From Gammaproteobacteria bacterium (GTDB taxonomy: Bacteria; Pseudomonadota; Gammaproteobacteria; Steroidobacterales; SZUA-146), in assembly GCA_045107075.1 (NCBI GenBank), contig JBGCFV010000047.1, forward strand, positions 17,351-81,350: 64,000 bases of DNA. Reading direction: 5' to 3'. The first letter of the stretch is position 1. Each line of letters begins with the position of its first letter. This document shows, piece by piece, positions 37,060 to 46,136 of this stretch. The translations under genes and the position numbers were made by a program. The notes under the pieces are model-generated. The model did not search any database. It was not told the origin of the DNA and was given only the letters and a program-made list of their open reading frames with translations.

Positions 37060-38412
37060 CTAAGTTAACGCTTCAATGGCTCCGATTAACCGCTTTACGC
37101 CAATCACCTCAATGCCCTTCACAGGCTTTTTGGGGCGGTTAGCGTACGGCACAACCGCTCGTTTGAAACCTTGCTGGGCGGCGGCGGCAATGCGTTCTTC
37201 GCCATACGGCACAGGTCTTATTTCTCCGGCGAGACCTACTTCGCCAAAGGCTACCGTCGCTTCGGGAATTGGCTTGTCACGAAAGCTCGACATAACGGCC
37301 AAAAGAATGGGCAGGTCGGCCGCTGTTTCGCTAATGCGCACGCCACCTACGATATTAATAAACACGTCTTGGCCGGCTAAAGACAAGTTGCCGTGTCGCT
37401 GCATTACCGCCAATAACATAGCCAAACGGTTTTGTTCGTAACCCACCGCAACGCGTCGCGGATTCCCCATTGGGTTGTCACTTGCCAGCGCCTGGACTTC
37501 AACCAGCAACGGACGACTTCCCTCTCGGGTAATTAACACGCAGCTGCCGGGAGCCGCCTCGCGGTCGGAAGACAGAAATATAGAGGACGGGTTTTTAACT
37601 TCCTTAACACCGACGTCCGTCATGGCGAACACGCCAATTTCGTTAGCGGCTCCAAAACGGTTTTTGGCCGCCCGAATCACCCGGTAGCGACTCCCTGCGT
37701 CACTTTCGAAATAGAGCACGGTGTCGACCATATGCTCAAGCACGCGCGGTCCGGCAATCACGCCCTCTTTGGTCACGTGGCCGACCAGAAATATAGCCGT
37801 GCCGCTTTGCTTGGCAAATCTCACGAGCTGCGCTGTACATTCACGCAGCTGGGTCACGGTACCCGGCGCCGAGGGCACCTCACCGCTGTACATGGTTTGA
37901 ACTGAGTCTATGACCAGAACGCCGTGCCGCTTCTTGTCGGCCGTGGCGACAATGGCCTCGACGCAGGTTTCGGCCAGCAGCGTCACGGGCGCTTGCTCAA
38001 CGCCAAGACGACGAGCACGCATACCGATTTGCTCCAACGACTCTTCGCCGCTGACGTACATGGCCGTGGTGTGCTGACACAATGACGCGACGGCTTGAAG
38101 CAAAAGAGTGGATTTACCGATGCCCGGATCACCGCCAATCAAACTGATAGAGCCTGGCACTACTCCGCCGCCCAATACCCGGTCAAGCTCGCCGATTCCA
38201 GTGGATAACCGGGGCTTGGCGGATTCCGGCGCGGAGGCCAATGACTGAGTGGCCCGCTCTCCCGCATAACCCCCAGCACGTGTTTTGACGACCGTACGGC
38301 TGGAGCCTTCTTCAAGCGTGTTCCACTCGCCGCAGTCGCCACATTGCCCTGCCCATTTCGGGGCCGTCGCGCCACAGGAACTGCAGGTATAAACAGATTT
38401 TTCGCGTGCCAT
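37060..38412 (-). CDS. radA: DNA repair protein RadA
   Basis: 450 aa. Zinc finger CSSCG..CGDCGEWNT, Walker A GDPGIGKST, the KNRFG motif, and a Lon-like C-terminal domain. Confidence 0.95.
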   Translation of the reverse strand: MAREKSVYTCSSCGATAPKWAGQCGDCGEWNTLEEGSSRTVVKTRAGGYAGERATQSLASAPESAKPRLSTGIGELDRVLGGGVVPGSISLIGGDPGIGKSTLLLQAVASLCQHTTAMYVSGEESLEQIGMRARRLGVEQAPVTLLAETCVEAIVATADKKRHGVLVIDSVQTMYSGEVPSAPGTVTQLRECTAQLVRFAKQSGTAIFLVGHVTKEGVIAGPRVLEHMVDTVLYFESDAGSRYRVIRAAKNRFGAANEIGVFAMTDVGVKEVKNPSSIFLSSDREAAPGSCVLITREGSRPLLVEVQALASDNPMGNPRRVAVGYEQNRLAMLLAVMQRHGNLSLAGQDVFINIVGGVRISETAADLPILLAVMSSFRDKPIPEATVAFGEVGLAGEIRPVPYGEERIAAAAQQGFKRAVVPYANRPKKPVKGIEVIGVKRLIGAIEALT

Positions 38413-38528
38413 AGTGGCTTAACCGTCTTAGTCAAAGCGGAGGATGTTATCACGCCCTATTAAGGACTTAACCAAATCCGAAAAATCACTACTGGGTCAC
38501 ACTATAACTGTAACTTTTACAGGCTGTT

Positions 38529-41111
38529 ATGCTCTATACTTCGTTGCTAAATAATGGTTACTGGTATTTCGTGAAAAAACCGATCGACATTCTTTCAGCC
38601 GACAGGCTCGCAGGCCTTCTGTACGTGGCGCTTTTTGCGTTGGCCGCTCTGTGGTTGGCTCAGCCCGGTTTTGAACGACTTGAAACAGCTGGCTACGACA
38701 AAATGATGCAATCGGTCACCTTTACTCCTACCGATCGAATTGCCGTAATCGACATAGATGACAAGAGCATCGCTGAACTGGGCCGTATGCCATGGTCGCG
38801 TGATTTGTACGAACGCATGACGCAGCTGCTCGAAAGCGGCGGCGCTAAGGTTGTCACTTACGGACTGCTGTTCTCCGAGGCACAAGTCGACCCGGGTCGC
38901 GACACTCTGCTCGAAATTCAAGGCGAATTGACAAGACTGGCTCAGGCCGCCGCATCGGAAAACGCTGACATCGGTTCACGTGCCAATCAAATAGCCAATA
39001 GCGTCGAGGCCGGACTAAACGACCTCGACTACGACGCCCGACTCGCTGCCAGTTTCGGCTCATCCGGCAACGTTCTCATTCCAATGATGTTTGCTTTGGG
39101 CCAGCCGAGCGGCCGACCTGACGCCGAACTGCCCAGCTACATTGTGTCGATGGCGGCAATATCAGAGACACAGTTTGTCGGCATTCCGGCGAGCCAGGTG
39201 ACACTGCCAATTGAAAGTCTTGCGACGCGAGCACTGCGCATCGGCCACCTCAACCAGACCACCGACGCACACGACAGCGTGCTGCGTAAAGAGTCTCTGG
39301 TCGTCGACTATTACGGCGAAGCCTTTCCTTCGCTGGCGCTGGCAACAGCTGCCGCAGCACTTAATCTTGAACCTGAAGACATAGTCGCCACGTCCGAAGC
39401 TGTAATGATTGGACCGCGACGCATTGCGACCGACGGTCTCGGCCGGTTTAACCCTGTCTTTTATTCAGACGACAACAGTACGGCATTTCCAGTCGACTCA
39501 TTTACTGATGTGTTTGCGGCCAAAGTGCCAGCCGACAAGTACCGCGACAAAGTCGTTCTTATTGGCGCAAGTGCAGCGGGTGTAGGCAATCGCTTTGCTA
39601 CGCCTACCAATCCGGATCTGGCCCCGGCGATGGTGCTGGCCCACAACGTATCCAGCATTCTGCAAGGAGACAGCATTGCTCGTCCCGCCTGGGCAGTCCC
39701 TGTCGAAATGGGCATCTGCGTCCTGATCGGGCTTTACATTCTGGTGCTGCTACCTGGCATGCGCTCGCGGACCGCTTTGCTGACAACAAGTGCTGCAGCC
39801 ATTTTGTTGGTGGCCGTGGCCTTCGGCTTCTTTTCAACCTCACAAGTTTGGCTCAGACTGATTACACCTCTTCTGTTTTTACTCGGCGGACATTTGGTCA
39901 TGACGCTCAAACGCTTCGGTGTCGTTGAACGACTCCGAGCCAACTCTGATCTGGCCAGCGCCGAAAGCAATCGCATGCTGGGACTGGCGTTTCAAAGTCA
40001 GGGCCAGCTGGACATGGCCTTCGAGAAATTTCGCAAGTGTCCGCTCGACGACTCCATGATGGAGCCGATGTACGCTTTGGCTCTGGACTTTGAGCGTAAG
40101 CGACAGTTTAACAAGGCGGGCGCGATCTATTCATACATGGCCAAACACGACGCTAATTACCGCGACCTGACCAAGCGTATTCAACGCAATCAGTCGCTGG
40201 ATGAGACCACCATTTTAGGTCAAGGCAGTGGCGTCGGTGGTACTCGACTGTTGATTGACGAAGACGACAACGGATTGCAAAAGCCAATGCTGGGCCGTTA
40301 CATGGTCGAAAAAGAGATCGGCCGAGGCGCTATGGGCACGGTGTACCTTGGAAGAGACCCTAAAATTAACCGCATCGTGGCAATTAAAACTATCGCCCTA
40401 AGCGAAGAATTTGACGAGGACGATCTCGCCACAGCTCGAGAACGCTTCTTCCGTGAGGCCGAAACGGCGGGACGTTTAAACCATCCGGATATTGTCACCG
40501 TATTCGACGCCGGCGAGGAGCTTGACCTCGCCTATATCGCCATGGAATTTCTCAACGGCAAGGAACTTAGCGACTTTACCAACCAGGACACGCTGCTGCC
40601 GGTTAACACCGTGCTCAAAGTCGTCGCGCGGGTCGCCGAGGCGCTGTCCTACGCGCACGAGCAGGACGTCGTGCATCGTGATATAAAACCGGCGAACATC
40701 ATGTTTGAGCGCGATTCAGGCGATATGAAGATCACCGATTTTGGCATTGCACGCATTACCAATTCGTCGAAAACCAAAACCGGCATAGTGCTCGGGACAC
40801 CGTCTTACATGTCTCCTGAGCAATTGGCGGGTAAAACTGTGACCGGCAAGTCAGATTTATTCTCCCTAGCTGTTACTCTGTTCCAGTTATTGACTGGACA
40901 GTTGCCGTTTCGGGCTGACTCAATGGCAACGTTAATGTATAAAATCGCCAATGACGAGCACGCTCCACTACACTCAGTGCGACCGGAGCTGCCTCCTCAG
41001 TTGGCACACGTAATCGATACAGCACTATCTAAAGAACCAGCCGACCGATATGAGACCGGACTGGAAATGGCCCACGACATTCGCGAATGTCTTCAGCACC
41101 TGGCAGCGTAA
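38529..41111 (+). CDS. CHASE2 sensor domain Ser/Thr protein kinase
   Basis: 860 aa. N-terminal TM plus a periplasmic CHASE2-like domain (IAVIDIDDKSI..GRMPWSRD), then three TM helices and a short TPR-like linker. Kinase motifs GRGAMGTVY, VAIKTI, HRDIKPANIM, DFGIAR and GTPSYMSPEQ. Confidence 0.85.
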   Translation: MLYTSLLNNGYWYFVKKPIDILSADRLAGLLYVALFALAALWLAQPGFERLETAGYDKMMQSVTFTPTDRIAVIDIDDKSIAELGRMPWSRDLYERMTQLLESGGAKVVTYGLLFSEAQVDPGRDTLLEIQGELTRLAQAAASENADIGSRANQIANSVEAGLNDLDYDARLAASFGSSGNVLIPMMFALGQPSGRPDAELPSYIVSMAAISETQFVGIPASQVTLPIESLATRALRIGHLNQTTDAHDSVLRKESLVVDYYGEAFPSLALATAAAALNLEPEDIVATSEAVMIGPRRIATDGLGRFNPVFYSDDNSTAFPVDSFTDVFAAKVPADKYRDKVVLIGASAAGVGNRFATPTNPDLAPAMVLAHNVSSILQGDSIARPAWAVPVEMGICVLIGLYILVLLPGMRSRTALLTTSAAAILLVAVAFGFFSTSQVWLRLITPLLFLLGGHLVMTLKRFGVVERLRANSDLASAESNRMLGLAFQSQGQLDMAFEKFRKCPLDDSMMEPMYALALDFERKRQFNKAGAIYSYMAKHDANYRDLTKRIQRNQSLDETTILGQGSGVGGTRLLIDEDDNGLQKPMLGRYMVEKEIGRGAMGTVYLGRDPKINRIVAIKTIALSEEFDEDDLATARERFFREAETAGRLNHPDIVTVFDAGEELDLAYIAMEFLNGKELSDFTNQDTLLPVNTVLKVVARVAEALSYAHEQDVVHRDIKPANIMFERDSGDMKITDFGIARITNSSKTKTGIVLGTPSYMSPEQLAGKTVTGKSDLFSLAVTLFQLLTGQLPFRADSMATLMYKIANDEHAPLHSVRPELPPQLAHVIDTALSKEPADRYETGLEMAHDIRECLQHLAA

Positions 41112-41121
41112 AGCGTGAACA

Positions 41122-41946
41122 ATGAGTCTTAAAGGGAAAATTGAACACTACGCGGTAACCGATACCGGCATGGTCCGAGACCATAACGAGGACGCCGTAG
41201 GCGCTGATATGGACATTGGTCTGCTGGTGCTCGCCGACGGCATGGGTGGCTACAACGCAGGCGAAGTAGCCAGCGGCATAGCTGTGGGCACCACTGTCGA
41301 CATCATGTCCGATTTCGTCAAACGCGAGAAACGCGACGCGACGGACGAAGAGACCGGCCTTATGCGTCAGACGGTAGCCCTGAGAGACGCTGTGGTGAGA
41401 GCCAACAAAATTATCTACCAAACCTCGAAATCGAAGTCAGAATGCGAGGGAATGGGCACAACAATTGCCGCCGCTTTATTTTACAATAACCGGATTTCGA
41501 TTGCCCATGTTGGCGACTCTCGGGTGTATCGGCTGCGCAACGGCGAGTTTAGCCAGGTAACGAAAGACCATTCGCTGCTCCGAGAGCTGGTAGATCGCGG
41601 TTTTTATTCTCCTGAAGAGGCACAAAGATCACTAAATCGTAATTATGTGACACGTGCATTGGGGATTGAACCGAAGGTTGAGGTAGAACTGACAGAGGAG
41701 ACGGCGCTGCCCGATGATGTGTATGTTTTGTGTTCAGATGGCCTGACAGATATGGTCGAAGACGAGGATATTCATTTAACTATCAGCACGTTTAATGCTA
41801 ATCTTCACACGGTAGGTCAACAGTTGGTAAGACTGTCAAACGACAACGGCGGTAAGGACAATATATCCGTGGTCGTGGCCAAAGTCGTGAAGCCTTTTGG
41901 TGAAAGTAACAAATTGCTTAGCAGACTAAGCAATATCTTTAGTTAA
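41122..41946 (+). CDS. PP2C-family Ser/Thr phosphatase (Stp1-like)
   Basis: 274 aa with the motifs NEDA, LADGMGG, GTT, HVGDSR, SDGLTD and GGKDNISVVV. Confidence 0.9.
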   Translation: MSLKGKIEHYAVTDTGMVRDHNEDAVGADMDIGLLVLADGMGGYNAGEVASGIAVGTTVDIMSDFVKREKRDATDEETGLMRQTVALRDAVVRANKIIYQTSKSKSECEGMGTTIAAALFYNNRISIAHVGDSRVYRLRNGEFSQVTKDHSLLRELVDRGFYSPEEAQRSLNRNYVTRALGIEPKVEVELTEETALPDDVYVLCSDGLTDMVEDEDIHLTISTFNANLHTVGQQLVRLSNDNGGKDNISVVVAKVVKPFGESNKLLSRLSNIFS

Positions 41947-41965
41947 TATTTATTGAGAGCAACAC

Positions 41966-42757
41966 ATGGCACGCCTAGTACTGAGCTTAGACGGACAAGT
42001 TCTTGCAGAATACAATATGCAAAAAGAACGCTATACGGTGGGTCGCCTGCCGGATAACGATGTTCGTATAGACAACCCTGCCGTCAGTGGTCATCACTCG
42101 CTGGTCATCAATATTCTGAACGACTCGTTCCTGGAAGACTTGAACAGCACCAACGGCACTTATGTTAACGGCAAGCTCGTTAAGAAACATGCGTTGCAGC
42201 ACGGCGACGTGATCACTATTGGTCACCACCAGCTGCGCTTTGTCGACGACGACAAAGAAGACTCTGACGACGACGAATTCGAAAAAACCATGATTATTCG
42301 CCCCGGTTCCCAAACCGATGCGCCGAGCATGGAAAACGTCGAAGAAGCCGTGCGGGCTGCCGGTGCAGCCCCGGACGAAGGGCCTAGCGATCAACACCGC
42401 CTGCCCTCTTTCGGTTCGGCCGCTGTTGCAAGCCCGGCTGTTAAACCACACACAGAGACCATGGCCGGGACCGGCGCCAAGGTTCTTCCGAAGGCCAAAC
42501 TACAGGTCCTGAGCGGTGCGTTTGCCGGCAAAGAACTGGTTCTGACCAAAGCGCTAACTACGCTTGGCCGACCCGGTGTACAGGTTGCTGCAATTACCCG
42601 AAGAGCCGAAGGTTACTTTGTCGTCCACGTCGATGGCGGCCCTTCAGGCAACTACCCGATTGTTAACGGTAAACCAATTGGCCCTCAGGCACGACGACTG
42701 AACGACAACGACGTGATTGAGCTGGCTGGCGTCAAGATGGGATTTTTCGAAAGCTAG
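41966..42757 (+). CDS. FHA domain protein (N-terminal FHA, acidic linker, second FHA-like C-terminal domain)
   Basis: 263 aa. N-terminal FHA: YTVGRLPDNDVRIDNPAVSGHHSLV..NSTNGTYVNGK..GDVITIG. C-terminal degenerate copy: TTLGRPG..NGKPIG..NDVIELAG. Confidence 0.8.
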   Translation: MARLVLSLDGQVLAEYNMQKERYTVGRLPDNDVRIDNPAVSGHHSLVINILNDSFLEDLNSTNGTYVNGKLVKKHALQHGDVITIGHHQLRFVDDDKEDSDDDEFEKTMIIRPGSQTDAPSMENVEEAVRAAGAAPDEGPSDQHRLPSFGSAAVASPAVKPHTETMAGTGAKVLPKAKLQVLSGAFAGKELVLTKALTTLGRPGVQVAAITRRAEGYFVVHVDGGPSGNYPIVNGKPIGPQARRLNDNDVIELAGVKMGFFES

Positions 42758-42784
42758 TCATCCTGTTAAAAGTGTCATATCGAC

Positions 42785-42820
42785 GGGCCGCGTTAGCTGT
42801 AACGCGGCCCGTTTTGGTTT
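42785..42820 (+). terminator. rho-independent terminator after the kinase/phosphatase/FHA operon
   Basis: GGGCCGCGTTA (42785-42795) pairs with TAACGCGGCCC (42800-42810) around loop GCTG. GTTTTGGTTT follows. Confidence 0.65.
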
Positions 42821-42923
42821 AGAGAGAATGTTAGTTAACCTGTCTGCAAACGGCGCTATTATCAACAATAATGAAATCAGCTTAAATTGGTCGGCTGCTG
42901 CTACCGGTATGCGCTGACCCGAC

Positions 42924-43415
42924 TTGAGAACAAAAATGAATCAAAACGCATCTCCTTACGCCCCACCTCAGGCCGACGTTGTAGAGCGATCCACAAACCT
43001 GTCGGGGTTCGAGCAGGCTCGGCGCGGACGCCGGTTTTTAAACTTCGTGATCGATTTTGCCGGCTATATGATTTTTGGCATCATCATTACCGTTGCCATC
43101 GGGTTCTATAATGAGTCTTATCTGGACAGCCCGGCGCTCGAAATTTGGGTCGGCTACCCGGTTTATTTGCTCTACTATTTCCTGTGCGAAAGCCTGACAG
43201 GCAGCAGTTTAGGCAAACTGATCACCCGTACACGGGTTGTCGACGCTGAAGACCATAAACCAACGATGGGTAAAATCTTTCTACGTACACTCGCCCGAGT
43301 CATCCCGTTCGAATCGTTCTCTTTTTTCCGCGAATGCGGTCAAGGGTGGCACGATACGCTTACCGATACGCACGTGGTACTCGTAAGAAAACGCCAGGAG
43401 CCAACACCATCATGA
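42924..43415 (+). CDS. RDD family membrane protein
   Basis: 163 aa. ARRGRRFLNFVIDF, hydrophobic helices and GKLITRTRVV fit the RDD domain pattern. Confidence 0.65.
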   Translation: MRTKMNQNASPYAPPQADVVERSTNLSGFEQARRGRRFLNFVIDFAGYMIFGIIITVAIGFYNESYLDSPALEIWVGYPVYLLYYFLCESLTGSSLGKLITRTRVVDAEDHKPTMGKIFLRTLARVIPFESFSFFRECGQGWHDTLTDTHVVLVRKRQEPTPS

Positions 43416-43798
43416 AACGAACGGCCACTCACTCAGATCAGGCACCACAAGCAATAGGTCCCTACTCGCAGGCGGTGTGGAGCGACGACCTGCTTTTTTT
43501 GTCGGGCCAAACGCCGATTGATCCCGCCACCGCCTCACTCATAGAAGGCGACATTGGCGAGCAGACTCAACGCGTATTCGACAACTTGCTTGAGGTGTTA
43601 AAAAGTGCCGGATTAGGTTTCGAGCACGCCATCAAGCTAAACGTTTATCTTACCGATATGGCTGACTTCGCTGGCATGAATGAGGTTTACCTCAAACAGT
43701 TTTCGTCACCATTTCCCTCTCGCACGACCGTGGCCGTGGCCGGTTTGCCGTTAGGCGCCAAAGTCGAAATTGAAATGGTGGCGCGCAAAACACCGTAA
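43412..43798 (+). CDS. ridA: RidA family reactive-intermediate deaminase (YjgF/TdcF)
   Basis: MKRTATHSDQAPQAIGPYSQAV..LFLSGQ..PSRTTVAVAGLPLGAKVEIE. I chose the start at 43412, a 4-nt overlap with the RDD gene stop. The track ORF start at 43334 lies inside the RDD gene. Confidence 0.85.
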   Translation: MKRTATHSDQAPQAIGPYSQAVWSDDLLFLSGQTPIDPATASLIEGDIGEQTQRVFDNLLEVLKSAGLGFEHAIKLNVYLTDMADFAGMNEVYLKQFSSPFPSRTTVAVAGLPLGAKVEIEMVARKTP

Positions 43799-43799
43799 G

Positions 43800-46115
43800 T
43801 TAGTCCAGCGTTTGTGGCACACACTCTGCAATGCCGCTAGGCCCGGGTGGTTGAAACACAAGCTCCGACAAACGAGCCAGATCCAGAAAATTGACGGTCA
43901 GGTCGCCGGTTAAATCGATAACGCCATCGAGCTCAAGAAACGCTTCGCCTAACAAAAACACATCCAGAAAATTAACCGTACAGTCACCGTTGTAGTCGCC
44001 GTCACAGGCATTACCAAAGCCGTCGCCGTCGGCGTCCGTTTGATCCGGATTTGATACATCGACACAGTTATCAAGGCCATCCTGAACGTCGTCTTCATCC
44101 CGATCAGCGAGGAGCAGTGATGGGGATGCCACTGAAGACAGGTTCCCCGAACCGTTATCAAGACTGTACGCCATGGCCACATTTTCGAACTCGCAGCCTT
44201 GTGGAATCTCCGTTAGCACCAGCTTGCTGCCCGCTACCAGCTCACCGTCTACGCGAAACGCGTTAACACCGCAAATTAAAGTGATGTCCTTTAGCGTTCC
44301 TTCCAACCCCGAATCGATTTCCAGATACAGCTTGCCAGGACTGTGATAAACGTCTGTGCAAGTCGGACAAAACTGCCCTTCTGGCTGACCGTCTGTCCAA
44401 GGTGTCGCCTGCAAACCGAAGTACTGCGACTGGGGACACGGGTTGTCAATATTGGTGCCTGGCTCATAGTTCAGCACGTAGCCTGTACGACAATCGTCGA
44501 ACGCTTCCTGCGAGGTAAACATATCGAGAGCGACCGTGCTGGCTCCCGCAAATAATGAAACAAGCTCAACCTCTGATACGCCGGGCCGAACGTCGTCAGG
44601 AAGAGCGCAATTAAAATCTGGGCAAGGGCCTGCCGTTAAGCTTGTGCACACTTTATCGACTGCACCACAAATACTGATGCGGCGAACTTCGTCGGTGCAC
44701 TCGGATTGTGTTGTATTGCAAAATGCAGCGCTACGACCAAGGTCGACTCCCGAACTATAAAGCTCCTGCATAATCTGGTGCGGGCTTGCGTTGTTCGCGA
44801 TTGTCCACGCCGCGGCGGCGGCCGACGCAACCACCACGCTACCGACTGAACTACCGGTCAATATTTGCGTGGGGAATGGCGTGGCACCCTCATTTACTGG
44901 CGCTACGGCGTGGTCACCAAACGCCGTCAACCTCGGTTCACCCCCCGGCCGGGTTTCCGCTGCCGCCCCGGTTTCGTCAACGGAACTAACGGCGTAAATT
45001 AATGGCCGGTAAGAGCCTGCAATGGTTAACGGGTCGGGCGTGAAACCAAACAGGTTATTGCACATAACGGCATCAGGAGCAGTTACGTCTTCCCAGCCAC
45101 CCGGCAGTATTGGCCCAGTCATAGCCGTTGGCCCGGTGACACGGTTACCGGCTGCTGCAATCACCAGTGCGCCACGACAGGACGCGTAGTTCAGAGCGCG
45201 ATACACTGCCTGAACGGAAACCCGGCTGCTATTGATCGGGTCGTCGTCACCATAAAACGAGTCCCACCCCAAGGAAAGATTGATCACCAGCTTGTTCACG
45301 GAGGCGGCACGCCAGTTCTCGACCTCTGTATAAATAGCGGTAGCCAGCTGACCGATCGTGCCCGCATACCCCCCCTGACTTGGGTCAATGCAAAACCCCG
45401 TATTACTGCCGCACCGCTGCATCGGCAGTGCCAGCTGAGAACGCAACTGAACCGGACAAGGACCTATCGTGGGGCAAATGCTATCGCGCACAATATTAAG
45501 CAACGTAAAGCCGTGAGAGGATACTCCGGAGCCGTTACGGTCTTGATTAAACCCGGTGGGCTCGCTATCCAGAATGGAGAGACGAACGTTTTGCGGACCA
45601 ACCGGCAGCGCGCCGAATGATCCAATTTGCTCCAGAAAAAACTCGCGAAATCCCTCCCACATAAGATTGGCACTATCGCTCGCCATAGGAGCTAGCGACG
45701 CAGAGTCACGATTTAGCTGTGTCAAACATTGGTCAAAGCCTGGATCAACCGAGCACAAACGGTTGGTTAGAGGAGCCGAGTTAGGGTTGGTCACATTGCT
45801 CTCGAACACGCAGTAGTTTGACAGTCCTGTTTGAAACGGTATTTCCGCGTTGTCGAAAAGACGCTGACTGGTCCAGCCCGGAATATCGTCCGGACACGGC
45901 TGCCCGGCGGTTTGGCCTACATATCGCCACGCAGTGTCGGCCGAATTCGGCTGCAGGCAGGCATCGGTCGGCGGTGACAAATTATCGCTACTGCCACAGG
46001 TAATTGATTGCCTCGCCCGACTACTCTCTGCCTCGGCATGAGCAACAGCACTCCAACAGCACACCGTAAACATACACGTAACAAGTGTCAGTAATTGTGT
46101 GATCATCCGTTGCAT
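43800..46115 (-). CDS. exported divergent subtilase (S8-like) with TSP3/dockerin-like cassette
   Basis: Signal peptide (..WSAVAHAEA). The blocks come in subtilase order: LSILDSEP (Asp), SSHGFTLLNIV (His), GALVIAAAGN (oxyanion Asn), LTGSSVGSVVVASAAAAAW (Ser). All diverge from the PROSITE patterns. The C-terminus is DRDEDDVQDGLDNC..DADGDGFGNACD..DLTGDLTVNFLDLARLSELVFQPPGPS. AAGGAG lies 7 nt upstream of the ATG. Confidence 0.6.
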   Translation of the reverse strand: MQRMITQLLTLVTCMFTVCCWSAVAHAEAESSRARQSITCGSSDNLSPPTDACLQPNSADTAWRYVGQTAGQPCPDDIPGWTSQRLFDNAEIPFQTGLSNYCVFESNVTNPNSAPLTNRLCSVDPGFDQCLTQLNRDSASLAPMASDSANLMWEGFREFFLEQIGSFGALPVGPQNVRLSILDSEPTGFNQDRNGSGVSSHGFTLLNIVRDSICPTIGPCPVQLRSQLALPMQRCGSNTGFCIDPSQGGYAGTIGQLATAIYTEVENWRAASVNKLVINLSLGWDSFYGDDDPINSSRVSVQAVYRALNYASCRGALVIAAAGNRVTGPTAMTGPILPGGWEDVTAPDAVMCNNLFGFTPDPLTIAGSYRPLIYAVSSVDETGAAAETRPGGEPRLTAFGDHAVAPVNEGATPFPTQILTGSSVGSVVVASAAAAAWTIANNASPHQIMQELYSSGVDLGRSAAFCNTTQSECTDEVRRISICGAVDKVCTSLTAGPCPDFNCALPDDVRPGVSEVELVSLFAGASTVALDMFTSQEAFDDCRTGYVLNYEPGTNIDNPCPQSQYFGLQATPWTDGQPEGQFCPTCTDVYHSPGKLYLEIDSGLEGTLKDITLICGVNAFRVDGELVAGSKLVLTEIPQGCEFENVAMAYSLDNGSGNLSSVASPSLLLADRDEDDVQDGLDNCVDVSNPDQTDADGDGFGNACDGDYNGDCTVNFLDVFLLGEAFLELDGVIDLTGDLTVNFLDLARLSELVFQPPGPSGIAECVPQTLD

Positions 46116-46136
46116 AACTATCTCCTTAAATTCGAA

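Noticed and set aside
43334-43411. The upstream extension of the RidA ORF (MRSRVARYAYRYARG..).
   Set aside because: It lies inside the RDD gene in another frame and is Arg-rich nonsense. The canonical RidA N-terminus starts at 43412.
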